A DNA stretch of 63,660 nucleotides, filler included, from Octopus bimaculoides (GCF_001194135.2; 5 parts of 5 records of this genome joined end to end with filler, not necessarily neighbours in it); one strand, 5' to 3'. Positions 12,331 to 25,439 are shown, counted from the first letter of the whole stretch. Notes: generated by a model not told the origin, from the letters alone. Program-made: numbers and translations.

Positions 12331-15165
12331 AGGTTTGGTTTGTAAGTTGATAGCTAGGTTTGCAAGGACAGACATGTATAGAGATGATATGTAGTGGAGA
12401 TAGATGACAACTGTGTAGATTGAGTAGGGTTGAGGGGTGGGAATGGTCAATGATGATGGAGGGGTGGTGGTGAAGAATAACAGAATGGCAATGATGTAGG
12501 AATGAGAGGAAGAGATGACAAATGGCTACATATCTATATAATGTGTGTGTGTGTGTGTGTGTAAGTATATAACAGTGTGTAATGGGATATTATTTCAGAT
12601 CTGAACATTTTGAGTCTTGTAAGGAATCAGAGTCAGACGACACTACATCGACCCAAGAGGTCATCAGGAAACACCACAACCAGGATAGCTGAAGCAAGAA
12701 CAACCTCATTTGAATTCAACATTGTCCTAAACCCCCTCTTTCAACCACCATTAACATCTCTAGATGTATGTTACACCAATTTACATCATATCTACACTCA
12801 ATGCTGTTTGCTTTTAGAGTCAGGCATTTTAGTTTTTTTGTTAGATTTAATTTTTTTTAAATTTTTACTGCTTACATTATTTATTTTTCAGTTTCCATTA
12901 GAATATCTTTAATTTTCTTCATTGACGACTCTTCTCATCTTTGCTTCATTGCAGCCTCAATGTGTTTATCAACCAAATGTCCACCTTATCTTCTTTACAA
13001 TTGACACACATCTTCTACCTGCCTTCCACATCTATTCTATCTATATTTTATATTTCCTTTAAACATATGCTCTGTTACCAAATTCATTTTCACTGAGCTT
13101 TAGGTTTTGCCTGATGGCAAAACCATGCTTGTTGACTTAAGACATCAGGCAAAACTTAAAGTCCCAGTCAAAATGTCAAATTTAACTATTTTTACTATTG
13201 AGTTTCTCTATTGGCAACAATTTTATTGATATTCTAACTTGCTTTAAAATAATAATCTCTATTTTACAGTTTCCACATGTTCTATATATTTTCCATTCCC
13301 TATTCCTCTACTCTGCCTCTATCTTTTATTCACATACCTTCCACATATGTTCTAGGAATATTTTTCATTCACTTCCCTTGTAGTTGCTACCTTTATTTTC
13401 TACTAAATTGCCACCTATTTTTTCTGCCTATATTTAAAGAAGCACATTTTTCATTAATTGCTATACAATTGCATCAGAAGGTTTGACTTTCCTACTTTTG
13501 ATTCCAAAATATTTTTTTTCCTTTCTTTATTCTTGTTGATATTGATTGCTGTCCCCATTGTAAGCAGTCATATTTTCACAGCTATTGTTTTGTTGTTATA
13601 TCTCTTCCACTCCTATGTGAGTTTTTTCTCACTGAATGTCACAACTGTCTGCTACAATGAAGAGCAACTACTCTTTCAGCGAAATATTTTAGAGTGGTAT
13701 TAGTAAAGTTTGAGTCCTTTTAGTAGCACTTCTGGTAAAATTCAACACTATCACAAGGCAAAACAGAGATAGCTCAATGGTTAAGAAGCTTACTTCACAA
13801 CTGTATGGCCTTGTTCAATCCCACTGCTTGATATTTTGGGCACATTTCTTCTACTAAAACCTTGAGTTGACTGAAATTTGGTGAAAAATAAGATAATCAT
13901 AGAAGTGATAATAAAGTTAATTATATAAGTGGTAATATAATAATAAATATGAAAATAAAATGATTAATAAAATAAGTGTGAATAAAATAACTGTTTATTT
14001 ACTACAAAGGTGAGGGAACATTTACAGGATAAATTTACAAAAACAATGGAGATTTACACAGAATTGATTATGGAAAAACATAGAAATCATTAGAATACAA
14101 AAAAAGAATGAAATGAGATGTCCCAATAGGGGATGAGTATCCTAGGATCAAACAAGAGAACCTTAGAGATATAGGATTATCTTGACAGCCAAGGGATAAA
14201 TGCTCTCTCTCAGCTGTGTTTTCCAGACAAGAGTAAAAGCATTAACCTGGACTATAATCAACCAGTTTCACCAACCTCTCAATGTAATTTGCTGAAATGA
14301 TAATGAAATAATGATAATATAAATGATAACAAATTAATGATAATATTGTTACTAATAATTAATATTTAGCAGGTATCATTTGTATAATGAATGTTTACTT
14401 TTCTCCCTATTTTTTAATTGCTTTTGCTGTCAAAGGAATTGTAAAGGTAAATAATTACAATTTTCACTAGTCATATCACAAAACAATTCAATTTTGTATC
14501 ATTTTTATGGATAAATTTAATTCTCTTCTTTGACAATTTCATTTTTTAACAAAAAAAAAAAAATTAGAAAACCAAAATAGCATTGACAATGATAATAATA
14601 ATAATGATGACGATAATAATAATGATGATGATAATAATAATGATGATGGTATCTTTTATTTGCTACCAGGGTAAAGGATGAGAAGGGACACTACAAAGAC
14701 AAATATCAAGTGTATGGGTTTACCAATAATGAAATGAGAAAANNNNNNNNNNNNNNNNNNNNNNNNNNNNNNNNNNNNNNNNNNNNNNNNNNNNNNNNNN
14801 NNNNNNNNNNNNTATATAAAGGTATAATAAGGAAAAATAGAAGTGTAGACGTTACTTTATTCCAAGTTGGTACATATATCCAATAAAACCTCTACAAGTT
14901 GTTTCCAAGCCTAATTAATTCAAAACAAAACGAAATACAATCCTTTGGAAATTACAAATTAGGTTTTTCCTCAGGAATTCATTATTGGAATAAATGAGTT
15001 CTACCAACAAAAATATAAAGACCTTAACAATAGCCCAGAAAGAATCAAACAAATTATGATAGAAAGAAATTAAACGAACACCAGACCAATCAAAAACAGA
15101 AAAAAATATAAATCCACTTCAACGTTAATTCAGATGACAATTCACATCATCATCGTTTATCGTCC

Positions 15166-16117
15166 ACTGTGGTGGTCAGATAAGATGTTCAACTTCACTA
15201 GAATGTTCCTTGTGCCATTCAGTAACAAATTTAGCTGTGTGAATTGGTGCATTATCATCCTGAAAGATTGCGTTTCCCTCTGGAAACAGTTCCGCAACCA
15301 TAGGATGAATTTGATCAAATAAAATGCTTAAATAGTCTTGACTATTAATTCTGCCATGAAGGGAAACCATTAGGCCGTCAGATTTCCAAGATATAGCCCC
15401 TGCCCCCAGATCATCACAGATCCTCTTCCATGTTTAATAGTTGGAAGAAGGCAGTCTGAGTCAGGTGCTTCTTTTGGCTGTCTCCACAGGTATACTCGGC
15501 TGGTGGGTCGGAAATAAGGTAAAGGATGACTTGTCCGAGAAAATAACATTCTTCCACTGCTCTAGGGACCAATTCTGTAGGTTTTTATTCCACTCTAAAG
15601 GCTTTGCAATGTTTGTTTTTGAAAGTAGTGGTTTTCTGATTGCAGCCCTCCCGTGTTTTTGTGGAAACTGGGTTCTCGAGGTGGTCATTAAGCTCTGCAA
15701 TAATTTTGGGATCTGTACGTTTGTGATCCTTTCTAACAATTTGTGTAAGAGTCCAATGGTCCCTATATGAAAGTTTTGGTTTTCTTCTGGAGTTTTGTTT
15801 CAACAAGGAGGTTTTTTCCTCTTTCTCAAAAGCTGTCATTACTTTCGAGACAATACTTCTTGATACACCAAACATTTCGGCTGTTTCCATTATGCTAGTG
15901 CCTGCCATATGAGCATCAACAACTTGACCTCTTTGAAAGTCCGATAGATCTGTCATTTTAATGAATTTTAATTACCTTTTTCTGATGATATCTGAAAGAA
16001 ACAGTAATTTTAGCAAATCATATTAAGCAACACTAAAAATAAATAAAAAATATATAAGAATAAACAAGCTTTTGACGGTTTTATAGATATTTCAAAATTA
16101 TGATGCTAGGTGTTTCC
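15166..16117 (-). mobile_element. Tc1-like (DD34E) transposon, decayed and 3'-truncated
   Basis: HTH region MTDLSDFQRGQVV..AEMFGVSRSIVSKV; WKNVIFSDKSSF; FQDDNAPIHTAK; breaks off at HLI*PPQ. The 5' terminus runs into the N gap. Confidence 0.85.
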
Positions 16118-16569
16118 NNNNNNNNNNNNNNNNNNNNNNNNNNNNNNNNNNNNNNNNNNNNNNNNNNNNNNNNNNNNNNNNNNNNNNNNNNNNNNNNNNN
16201 NNNNNNNNNNNNNNNNNNNNNNNNNNNNNNNNNNNNNNNNNNNNNNNNNNNNNNNNNNNNNNNNNNNNNNNNNNNNNNNNNNNNNNNNNNNNNNNNNNNN
16301 NNNNNNNNNNNNNNNNNNNNNNNNNNNNNNNNNNNNNNNNNNNNNNNNNNNNNNNNNNNNNNNNNNNNNNNNNNNNNNNNNNNNNNNNNNNNNNNNNNNN
16401 NNNNNNNNNNNNNNNNNNNNNNNNNNNNNNNNNNNNNNNNNNNNNNNNNNNNNNNNNNNNNNNNNNNNNNNNNNNNNNNNNNNNNNNNNNNNNNNNNNNN
16501 NNNNNNNNNNNNNNNNNNNNNNNNNNNNNNNNNNNNNNNNNNNNNNNNNNNNNNNNNNNNNNNNNNNNN

Positions 16570-17416
16570 GATGACTGTGTTGGTATGGTCATGTGTTACA
16601 TATGGATGAGGGTAGCTGTGTGAGGAAGTGCCACTGCTTAACTGTGGAAGGAACCTGTGGAAGAGGGAGACCCAGGAAGACATGAGATGAGGTGGTGAAG
16701 CATGATCTTCAAACATTGGGCCCTCACAGAGGCCTTTGGAGATATGCTGTGATTGAGAAGACTCAGGAACTAAAGTGAGATTGCAGCCACACATATCTGG
16801 CCCATTTAAGAGTGCCCCTGATGCATCGTGTGATATGATATGCTTGAGAAGACCTGTTGAGTCAAGTAAAACCAGTAGCTATGGCCAGTGGCCCCTGACT
16901 GGCTCCCATGCCAGTGGCACATAGAAAGCATCGTCCGAACATGATTGATGCCAGGTCCGCCTGACTGGCTCCTGTGCCAATGGTATGTAAAAAGCACCAT
17001 CTGAATGTGGCCAATGCCGGGACCCCTTGACTGGCTTCCGTGCTGGTGGCACGTAAAAAGCACCAACTGAATGTGACTGATGCCAGTACCTGTTGACTGG
17101 CCCCAGTGCTGGTGGCACATAAAAAGGACTATCTGAATGTGATTGATGCCAAGCCAGCCTGACTGGCTCCTGTGCCGGTGGCACATAAAAAGCACCCACT
17201 ACACTCTCGGAGTGGTTGGCATTAGGAAGGGCGTCCAACTGTAGAAACATTGCCAGATCAGATTGGAGCCTGGTGCAGCAGCTNNNNNNNNNNACTGTAG
17301 AAACATTGCCAGATCAGATTGGAGCCTGGTGCAGCAGCTGTCTCTCCAGACCTCAGTCAAACCGTCCAACCCATGCCAGCATGGAAAACGGACGTTAAAT
17401 GATGATGATGATGATG
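16570..17416 (+). mobile_element. 3' end of an RTE-clade LINE with a tandemly repeated 3' UTR and (GAT)n tail
   Basis: LCWYGHVLHMDEGSCVRKC...GRGRPRKT*DEVVKHDL. A 66-bp tandem repeat follows, then the tail ...CCATGCCAGCATGGAAAACGGACGTTAAAT(GAT)n. Confidence 0.78.
16894..17200 (+). repeat. 66-bp tandem repeat, about 4.6 units
   Basis: Units start at 16894, 16960, 17026, 17092 and 17158. Core is TGACTGGCTCCTGTGCCGGTGGCACRTAAAAAGCACC. Confidence 0.9.
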
Positions 17417-17962
17417 AATGCATTTAATTCTTCGAAACGCCGGAGCTTTAATGGTGGCAGCTGATGAAGGGGATGTTTCTATGTGGCCTGCTTGTTTACC
17501 ATTTTTGTCCTTGTTCTTTTGCTGCGTCATGTACCCAGTTATGTATCTATATGTACATGTGGATGTGTGGATGAACGTATATACATACATGTACATATAT
17601 ATGCNNNNNNNNNNNNNNNNNNNNNNNNNNNNNNNNNNNNNNNNNNNNNNNNNNNNNNNNNNNNNNNNNNNNNNNNNNNNNNNNNNNNNNNNNNNNNNNN
17701 NNNNNNNNNNNNNNNNNNNNNNNNNNNNNNNNNNNNATATATATATATATATATATATACCAAACCAAGGGAGTGGAAAAGGTAAAATGCTAGCGTACAT
17801 ATGTTTCTTAATTAACTGTAGCCTCATTATGCTTGAATTTGTTAATTTGAACACCACATTTTTATTCGTTTTTTCAGAGTGCCATGCTGTATCTTCTAAA
17901 TGTTTTTTTCTTTTTTTCTTTAAATAAGGAAATAATTATCATTGTTGTTCTTGTTTAAATAG

Positions 17963-18368
17963 GACAAGCTTTGAAAGGAACAGCAACAACAGCAGTGGTC
18001 ATGTGAGTGGAAGCAGTTTTGAAACAGAAATGTCCATATATGATTCTGTACCTTTGGAGAAGACAAACAACAAAAACCAAGAAACACCTTTGAACTGTAC
18101 TCAGATTTCTTTAGAAGATCAGCCAACTTCTTCAGAAACACAGAAAACTCCCTCAGAAGATCAGCAGAGAGATTTATTACTGAATCTTGACAATATTCTA
18201 AATGGATCTAATACAAATGTAACAGGACAGGAATCTGAAGACAGGGATGTCCCAGATTGTGGTGAAGTCCACTATGATATTTGCAACAGTAATAATTCTT
18301 TGAAGACTGATGACCTGCAACAGCTTTTCGAAACAGAAGAAGAAGTAACTGAAAGCACAGACATATAA
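17963..18368 (+). CDS. Cadherin-related protein, terminal exon (S/T/E/D-rich tail ending ...EEEVTESTDI*)
   Basis: Acceptor ttgttcttgtttaaatag| with a phase-2 join (AT+G = Met). Open to TAA at 18366-18368 and contains ORF 18003-18368. C-terminal T-x-I is a class-I PDZ motif. AATAAA hexamers occur near 18937 and 18960. Confidence 0.72.
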
Positions 18369-18599
18369 CACCATCATCATCATCAACAACAGGGAAGTTC
18401 TACATGGTCTTTTACTTTTCTCGAAGTAAACACCAAATTTCCCTCAAATTACTGATTGTTGTCTTCAAAAATGAAAGGACCCATTGGATAATGTAGTGCT
18501 GACTTCACTATACCTAAACAAAAATATGTGATGGCATGGCTAGGATGCCTTTGACCATAGGCCTGCCCAATCATCATTCATCCACTGGCTGACAATATG

Positions 18600-18661
<62 letters not shown>

Positions 18662-19547
18662 TTTATTATAATATTTTTTTAATTGTATTATAAATCATAA
18701 ATGATTTTTTTTTAACAAAGCAAATGACAAAGATGAGGTATAGTCAACTAAATTGATCCCAGTGAATTAAGTCTCAATAGAGACTTTATGAATGGGGATG
18801 CTGTTTAACTCCAACATCTGGTCTTTGAGTGACTCTAGTGGAGTCCACTCTGACACAAGTATTTGGGCCAGGTTCCTGTTTGAGGATAACTTCCTCTCTT
18901 CCACTCACCAGTCTTAAAGACTGCATTTCTTCCTCTGAATAAATTATAAAAAGTTTTAGAAATAAAAAAAATTCTTAATCTAGGCAAGACCTGAATTTTT
19001 TATTGAGATCATCATACAGCCATTAATGGCTATTAATATTTTGCATGTGTAAGATTTGGAGCTAATAATCTGTGAGGTGCTAATCTGCAGTAGACACAAA
19101 TCTTCAGCTGAGTTGTGTAAGGTAAGAGGAAACGCCTTACCCAAGATTTCAACATGCTGCTCAGTTTGGGAACTGAACCCACCACTTTAACAATCATGAA
19201 TCCATTAGTCTAACCACTCGGCTACACATCTTTATGAAAAGATAAAGTTAAATTACTATAATATTTTCAGTCTAAAAAACCTTTAGTAGAAAACCCAGAA
19301 TCNNNNNNNNNNNNNNNNNNNNNNNNNNNNNNNNNNNNNNNNNNNNTTAATTAATTAANNNNNNNNNNNNNNNNNNNNNNNNNNNNNNNNNNNNNNNNNN
19401 NNTTTCAGCCTAACATTGTTTTACTATTAATTTTTGTACCCTGCTTCGTTCTCCTCTATGTTCTCCTATGGACGAACACATATGAATATTTGTGCGTGTG
19501 CGTGTGTGTTAATGTGTGTCGCTCTGTCTGTATATGCGTATGTATGC

Positions 19548-19593
<46 letters not shown>

Positions 19594-20134
19594 GTGCGTG
19601 TGTGTGTGTATTAAAAGGCCAACACAACACGTACATACATACATAGAAATAGATACGCACGTATTAACACACACTTAAAGACAGACATAAGCACAGTGTA
19701 ATATATTATACATAGCAGCTTCTAGTTCATAAATACTTACAATCCATAACATTCTTCCTAATACTTACTCGCGTCTGTCGCATGACGTCTAAGTAAACTG
19801 TAAGAGTTTGTAAAGTATTTCCAGCTTCAATAAAACATTACTTTGACATTCTCCACTTTGTTTTGCACCTGCTGCGTGTTTGCATATGTGGATTTCTATA
19901 CGTATGTATGCATATCAATACGTATATTAGTTTATATGCACATATATAAGATCGGAAGAGCNNNNNNNNNNTACACACACACATATATGTATGTTCATCC
20001 ATATATACATGTAAGCACATATATTGATGTATGTATATATGTATGTATATATATATGTTTGTTTGTATGTATGTTTATATATATCATCATCATTATTATT
20101 ATTATTATCATTATTATTATTATCATTATTATTA

Positions 20135-20183
<49 letters not shown>

Positions 20184-20562
20184 GTATTATGCGCTCACAT
20201 GCGAATATATAAACAAATGTAAAAGAAGAATAGAGGCAGAAGTTGGTAGATACTCAAATATATGTATATAAATTCATTCACATTTGCGTATACAAGTGTG
20301 TGCTTGTGTGTGTGTGTGTGCTTTTCCGTATGTGTGTGGGTGCACGTGTATCATTGTGTGTCTGTGTGTTATTGCATGTGTTATGGTGTACCTTGGCTTT
20401 TAGTTAGAAACAACACACCTCTATCATGGTACACTTGGGACCAAAACCACTTTATAATGCGTTTGACTTGCATCAGGAAAATATTATCTTCAGTGATATC
20501 TCTTGATAATAACCATTTCCCATAAGATTAAGTTACAGTTATTTTAAAATTGTATGCATATG

Positions 20563-20693
<131 letters not shown>

Positions 20694-21719
20694 GTACAGT
20701 TTGGCCTATCATTCAACTTGATCCTATCATCTTCCGAATATTTTTGTTCCACTTCCTTTCGCTTCCAGATATATCCCTCTTCTCTCTCTATATATATATA
20801 TATATGCGTTTCTGTATGTATTTTTGCCAGAACGTGAGATGTTTCACCCTGAAATGAAATCTTTCCGAGTTCAACACTGCTTCCGTTCTTCTGTTCTTGA
20901 TAGATTATTTCCGTATCAAATGCTGGTTCGTTTCAATATAATAACCTATACCCACCCTTTAAAATTGTTAGTAAATGTTTCAAATATACATCTTGTAAAT
21001 GAAGCATAACCATGTTTCTTATGACACTTGGTTTGAATGATTTCTATTTAGTAGTCGTTGTATAGGAAAGCAGTTTATATTTGAAGTCTGTCAATGCTTT
21101 GTGCATGATTTTTCCCAACATTGTATAATGAATATTATGGATTGTTAACAAAGCCTTTCACCATTATTGAGATCGTTTACTTAGCTCTTGATCCAGTTTA
21201 AGTTTTCATTTTAATAGTTACAAATTATTTAGATTACTTACTATCAGCAAATGAAGAGAGGTTCAAGAAGATGATACAATATTCTAGAAAAGGCACACTA
21301 ATGTCCTCAGATACAATTCCACACTCTTTGAATGGGGAACCCAAATTTAGATAGTGTCCTTTATCTTATGCAGTCTGCAAAACATGGTTTGACTGAAAGT
21401 GCAATGCAAAATAATGATATATCTTCCTCATAATGTATTATTTCTTATAATTTACGTGGGAATTAATAACTTCAAGATCACTTAGATTAAAAGAAAACAT
21501 TTTTATTAATCATTTTCCTGTAAGCATTTTCTACTTTAATTATGACTAATGTGAGAAAGCTGCCCAGGAATAAGTGATCCAAGATTACAGTATATTATCC
21601 TTTAGTTGTACATTGTGTATATGCAACAGAGCTGAAACGAATAAATGTTTCTGAAATTTCTTTACTATAACAAACTAGTTTTACCAAATTGTACATGTAA
21701 CACTAAACTGGACGTTGAC

Positions 21720-23279
21720 ATCTTCCCCAAAGAGAGCAACTTGCACAATAGAAAAGAATTCCTTGAGATAATGTAGTAAAATGCGAGCAACTTGTAACAA
21801 TTTCAATTTAGTCCTAAAGCCAGCAATTTTGTGCAGATGGAAAAAAGTCTGTTACATCTCCAGCTCTCCATCCCTAAATGATGAAATTCGATATCAACCT
21901 CGGGGGCATTACCTTCAGAAATTAAGAGCCGGAACATATACTGCAACACATTTTATCAAACGCCCTAATGATTCTTCTAATCCACAATAATCCAGCATAG
22001 GATATAATTACAAGACTAACAGATTATGAGGTAATATTAATCGGGTAATTATTATACTCTTGTGCTTGCTATAAACAGTATTTAAATAGATGAGTGAAAC
22101 AACGATTGCAATGAGACTTCAACCCAGAACATGAATTGGGACAAATAAAGGAGGACATCTTTTTCTGATAGTCTCCTGAATCTAAACCCACCAACCAATT
22201 CTAAAGAATTATAACATTTTAATATTTTCTACGAAGGTCATAGCGCCGGTGAAATACACGACACAGGAGAACATTACCAATCAAAAAACATTTCATGATT
22301 ACTGTAAAAAAAAGGGCAAATACATTTATCCAACTATTATCCCGCCTGCAGGAAGATGTTGCAAATAGAATTATTTAGTTGGATATTTTTTACATTGTTC
22401 CCATGTTCCATCTTCCAGCAAATAAGAATGCACGGAGAGAATATTTTGAGATTATTCATTGTAGGCTATACTGAAACAATGTATTTTATTCTATCCAAAA
22501 TAAAGAATATATGGCTTATAATATGAAACTAACCGGTGTAGATACATGGGATTCATTCGTTCTCTCTTTCTGTCATTATCTATAAGTATGAGTGTGTCTG
22601 TTTCTGTGTCTCTGTGTATATGCATACATACATACATACATATATATNNNNNNNNNNNNNNNNNNNNNNNNNNNNNNNNNNNNNNNNNNNNNNNNNNNNN
22701 NNNNNNNNNNNNNNNNNNNNNNNNNNNNNNNNNNNNNNNNNNNNNNNNNNNNNNNNNNNNNNNNNNNNNNNNNNNNNNNNNNNNNNNNNNNNNNNNNNNN
22801 NNNNNNNNNNNNNNNNNNNNNNNNNNNNNNNNNNNNNNNNNNNNNNNNNNNNNNNNNNNNNNNNNNNNNNNNNNNNNNNNNNNNNNNNNNNNNNNNNNNN
22901 NNNNNNNNNNNNNNNNNNNNNNNNNNNNNNNNNNNNNNNNNNNNNNNNNNNNNNNNNNNNNNNNNNNNNNNNNNNNNNNNNNNNNNNNNNNNNNNNNNNN
23001 NNNNNNNNNNNNNNNNNNNNNNNNNNNNNNNNNNNNNNNNNNNNNNNNNNNNNNNNNNNNNNNNNNNNNNNNNNNNNNNNNNNNNNNNNNNNNNNNNNNN
23101 NNNNNNNNNNNNNNNNNNNNNNNNNNNNNNNNNNNNNNNNNNNNNNNNNNNNNNNNNNNNNNNNNNNNNNNNNNNNNNNNNNNNNNNNNNNNNNNNNNNN
23201 NNNNNNNNNNNNNNNNNNNNNNNNNNNNNNNNNNNNNNNNNNNNNNNNNNNNNNNNNNNNNNNNNNNNNNNNNNNNNNN

Positions 23280-23347
<68 letters not shown>

Positions 23348-23550
23348 AAACACATGCACACATACTCGCACACATTTTTTTTTAATATAAAGTAATTGTA
23401 AGTGACGTCAGTTTCTTTGTACATCGGAGATTTGTAGAAGAACATATGACCGCAAATATAAATTTCGAAAGAAGGAACTATGCTTCAGCGTACGTAAACT
23501 GATTCTGAATCTGCCTATTATACGCTGCAGGACGATGTCACCGGTAAATA
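21720..23550 (-). pseudogene. Decayed BTB-Kelch gene relic
   Basis: BTB-like FTGDIVLQRIIGRFRISLRTLKHSSFFRNLY (23548-23456) is followed by five Y-x6-W/stop Kelch-like motifs and an LVGG (22424-21727). Many stops and frameshifts. Confidence 0.42.
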
Positions 23551-25029
23551 CTACCTAAAAAGAGGAACAAAAGCATATGAGGCAACCAAAACTACATATG
23601 GCGCAGAGCGAGATCCCAAGGGGATAAAATACTTCTCCCCCATGAAAGCATTTGAGCTGTTTTTACTAACATGAATCAAAACATAAACAAGCAACCCAAT
23701 TTTCAAAAAGTCCAAAAGACAATATGTCCCATATACAGAATCATAAATACAAACACTTGGCAAATCACAAAAACACAAGCGTATGCTGAAACATAAATGC
23801 ATATGCGCACATTATACAAACACTCTTGACCACGACAAACAGACACACACAAAGAAACAAATGATCTCATCCTATTAACAGCTGAAAATGAGTGCAATAC
23901 CATGAACAATGTGTAATACGGGACACCTCGACATTCTCCATGGAAAGAAACAAACCAAAATTATAAATTTAAAGAAACACTTGCTTCTATTTTGTAAGCG
24001 CCGAAATGTGTATAAAGATAAAGAATAAGAAGGTAATTTATTTTTGAATGGAGAGATGCTGTTGGAACTGCAGAAACATTAAGTATATTACAGTCACAAA
24101 GCGGAATGATTTGTCAACAACCAGTCATTGTTGACAAATGTTTTTGTTTGGCAAGGGCAATTTACACAATGTTTCTGATGTTCTAACGGTGTCACTGCGT
24201 TCAACACACCTATAGATATATACATTTATGAATCATCATCTTACTTGTTTCTATAAACGGAAATTAGTTTAGCAAACAAATTCAATAATCAACATCACAT
24301 TTTTCTCACAAAAAAGTCTTTAAGCCTTTTATTTTATAGAGATGTGTGCAGTTTGATGTGCATATGTATCTGGGTGAATGAACCAATGGTTGTATACATA
24401 TACGTGAGTCTATACCTCTGTAATTATAAACATGTGCTACTCTGTGTATGTGTGACTGAATGTGTGCCTGACTCCCTGTGTGTGTCTACATTTACACAGC
24501 GAAAGACTGTGTTTGTATATATTCATATACCTATCTGTCGGTGGGGGCATGTGTATCTGTAAGACTATGTAGGTATATATGAGTCTGTGTCTATGTGCGC
24601 CTACGTGAATATGTTAATATATACCTAAATAAGGGAACGGATGCTTGGGACAATTGATATTCGATCATGAATCTCCACGTGGTTAGATTCACTGTCACTG
24701 TCTGGAGGAGCTTGGTACTTCAACGTTGTATGTGTGTGAGGGAACAGTGCAATTGGCCAATTAGCTAGGTATCTGGCGGGATAAAGGTGTCGTATGTGTA
24801 TATATGGGCGTGCATAGTCTTTATGTGTGGATATATCTTTGTTCCATCGAATACTATCGTCGCGAATATCTATTTAAATGCTCGATTGTGTCTGTGTGTT
24901 TTGTCGCTCCGTTTCATTTTTGGTTGTCTTATTGTTTCTGATTTTATTTAATGCATGTCTTTATCTACACAAACATTACTACCTGACAAACCAGCTCATT
25001 AGATACATTCTTTTATTCTTTAACTTGTT

Positions 25030-25254
25030 TATTCATTTCAGTGCGGCTATGCTAGAGTGCCGCCTTAAAGGGATTTCGTCGAAGGAATCGACCCCCAGGA
25101 CTTATTCTTTGCAAACCTAGTACTTCTTCTATCGGTCACTTATGTCGAACAACTGTATTACGGGGACATAAACATAACAACCTCAGTTGGCAAGCAATGA
25201 TGGGAGTACAAACAGTCACATACACACACACCCGAACGCACACACACGCACGCG

Positions 25255-25285
<31 letters not shown>

Positions 25286-25345
25286 ATATATGTATATGTA
25301 TATGGCTGGCTTCTTTCAGTTTCCCTCTACCAAATCTACTCAGTA
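25030..25345 (-). mobile_element. SINE family A, 5'-truncated
   Basis: GACCCCCAGGACTTATTCTTTG...CTTCTTTCAGTTTCC. Confidence 0.75.
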
Positions 25346-25439
25346 GATATATATATACATACACTAGATATATATATTTATATACACACACACATATACA
25401 GTTGCCATGATTGAAGATAAATCCACAAGATAATTTTTT

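Noticed and set aside
17238-17340. Apparent tandem duplications flanking 10-N gaps (also about 39320-39425 and 54520-54700)
   Set aside because: Identical sequence on both sides of a 10-N gap indicates unmerged contig overlap, an assembly artefact.
19347-19358. TTAATTAATTAA embedded in N runs (also 27629-27640, 44351-44362, 61041-61052)
   Set aside because: The same 12-mer centred in four 100-nt gaps gives stops in all six frames. It is a scaffolding spacer, not biology.
24679-24702. Hairpin TGAATCT-CCACGTGG-TT-AGATTCA containing an E-box palindrome
   Set aside because: A single short instance with no gene start nearby; expected by chance in 63 kb.
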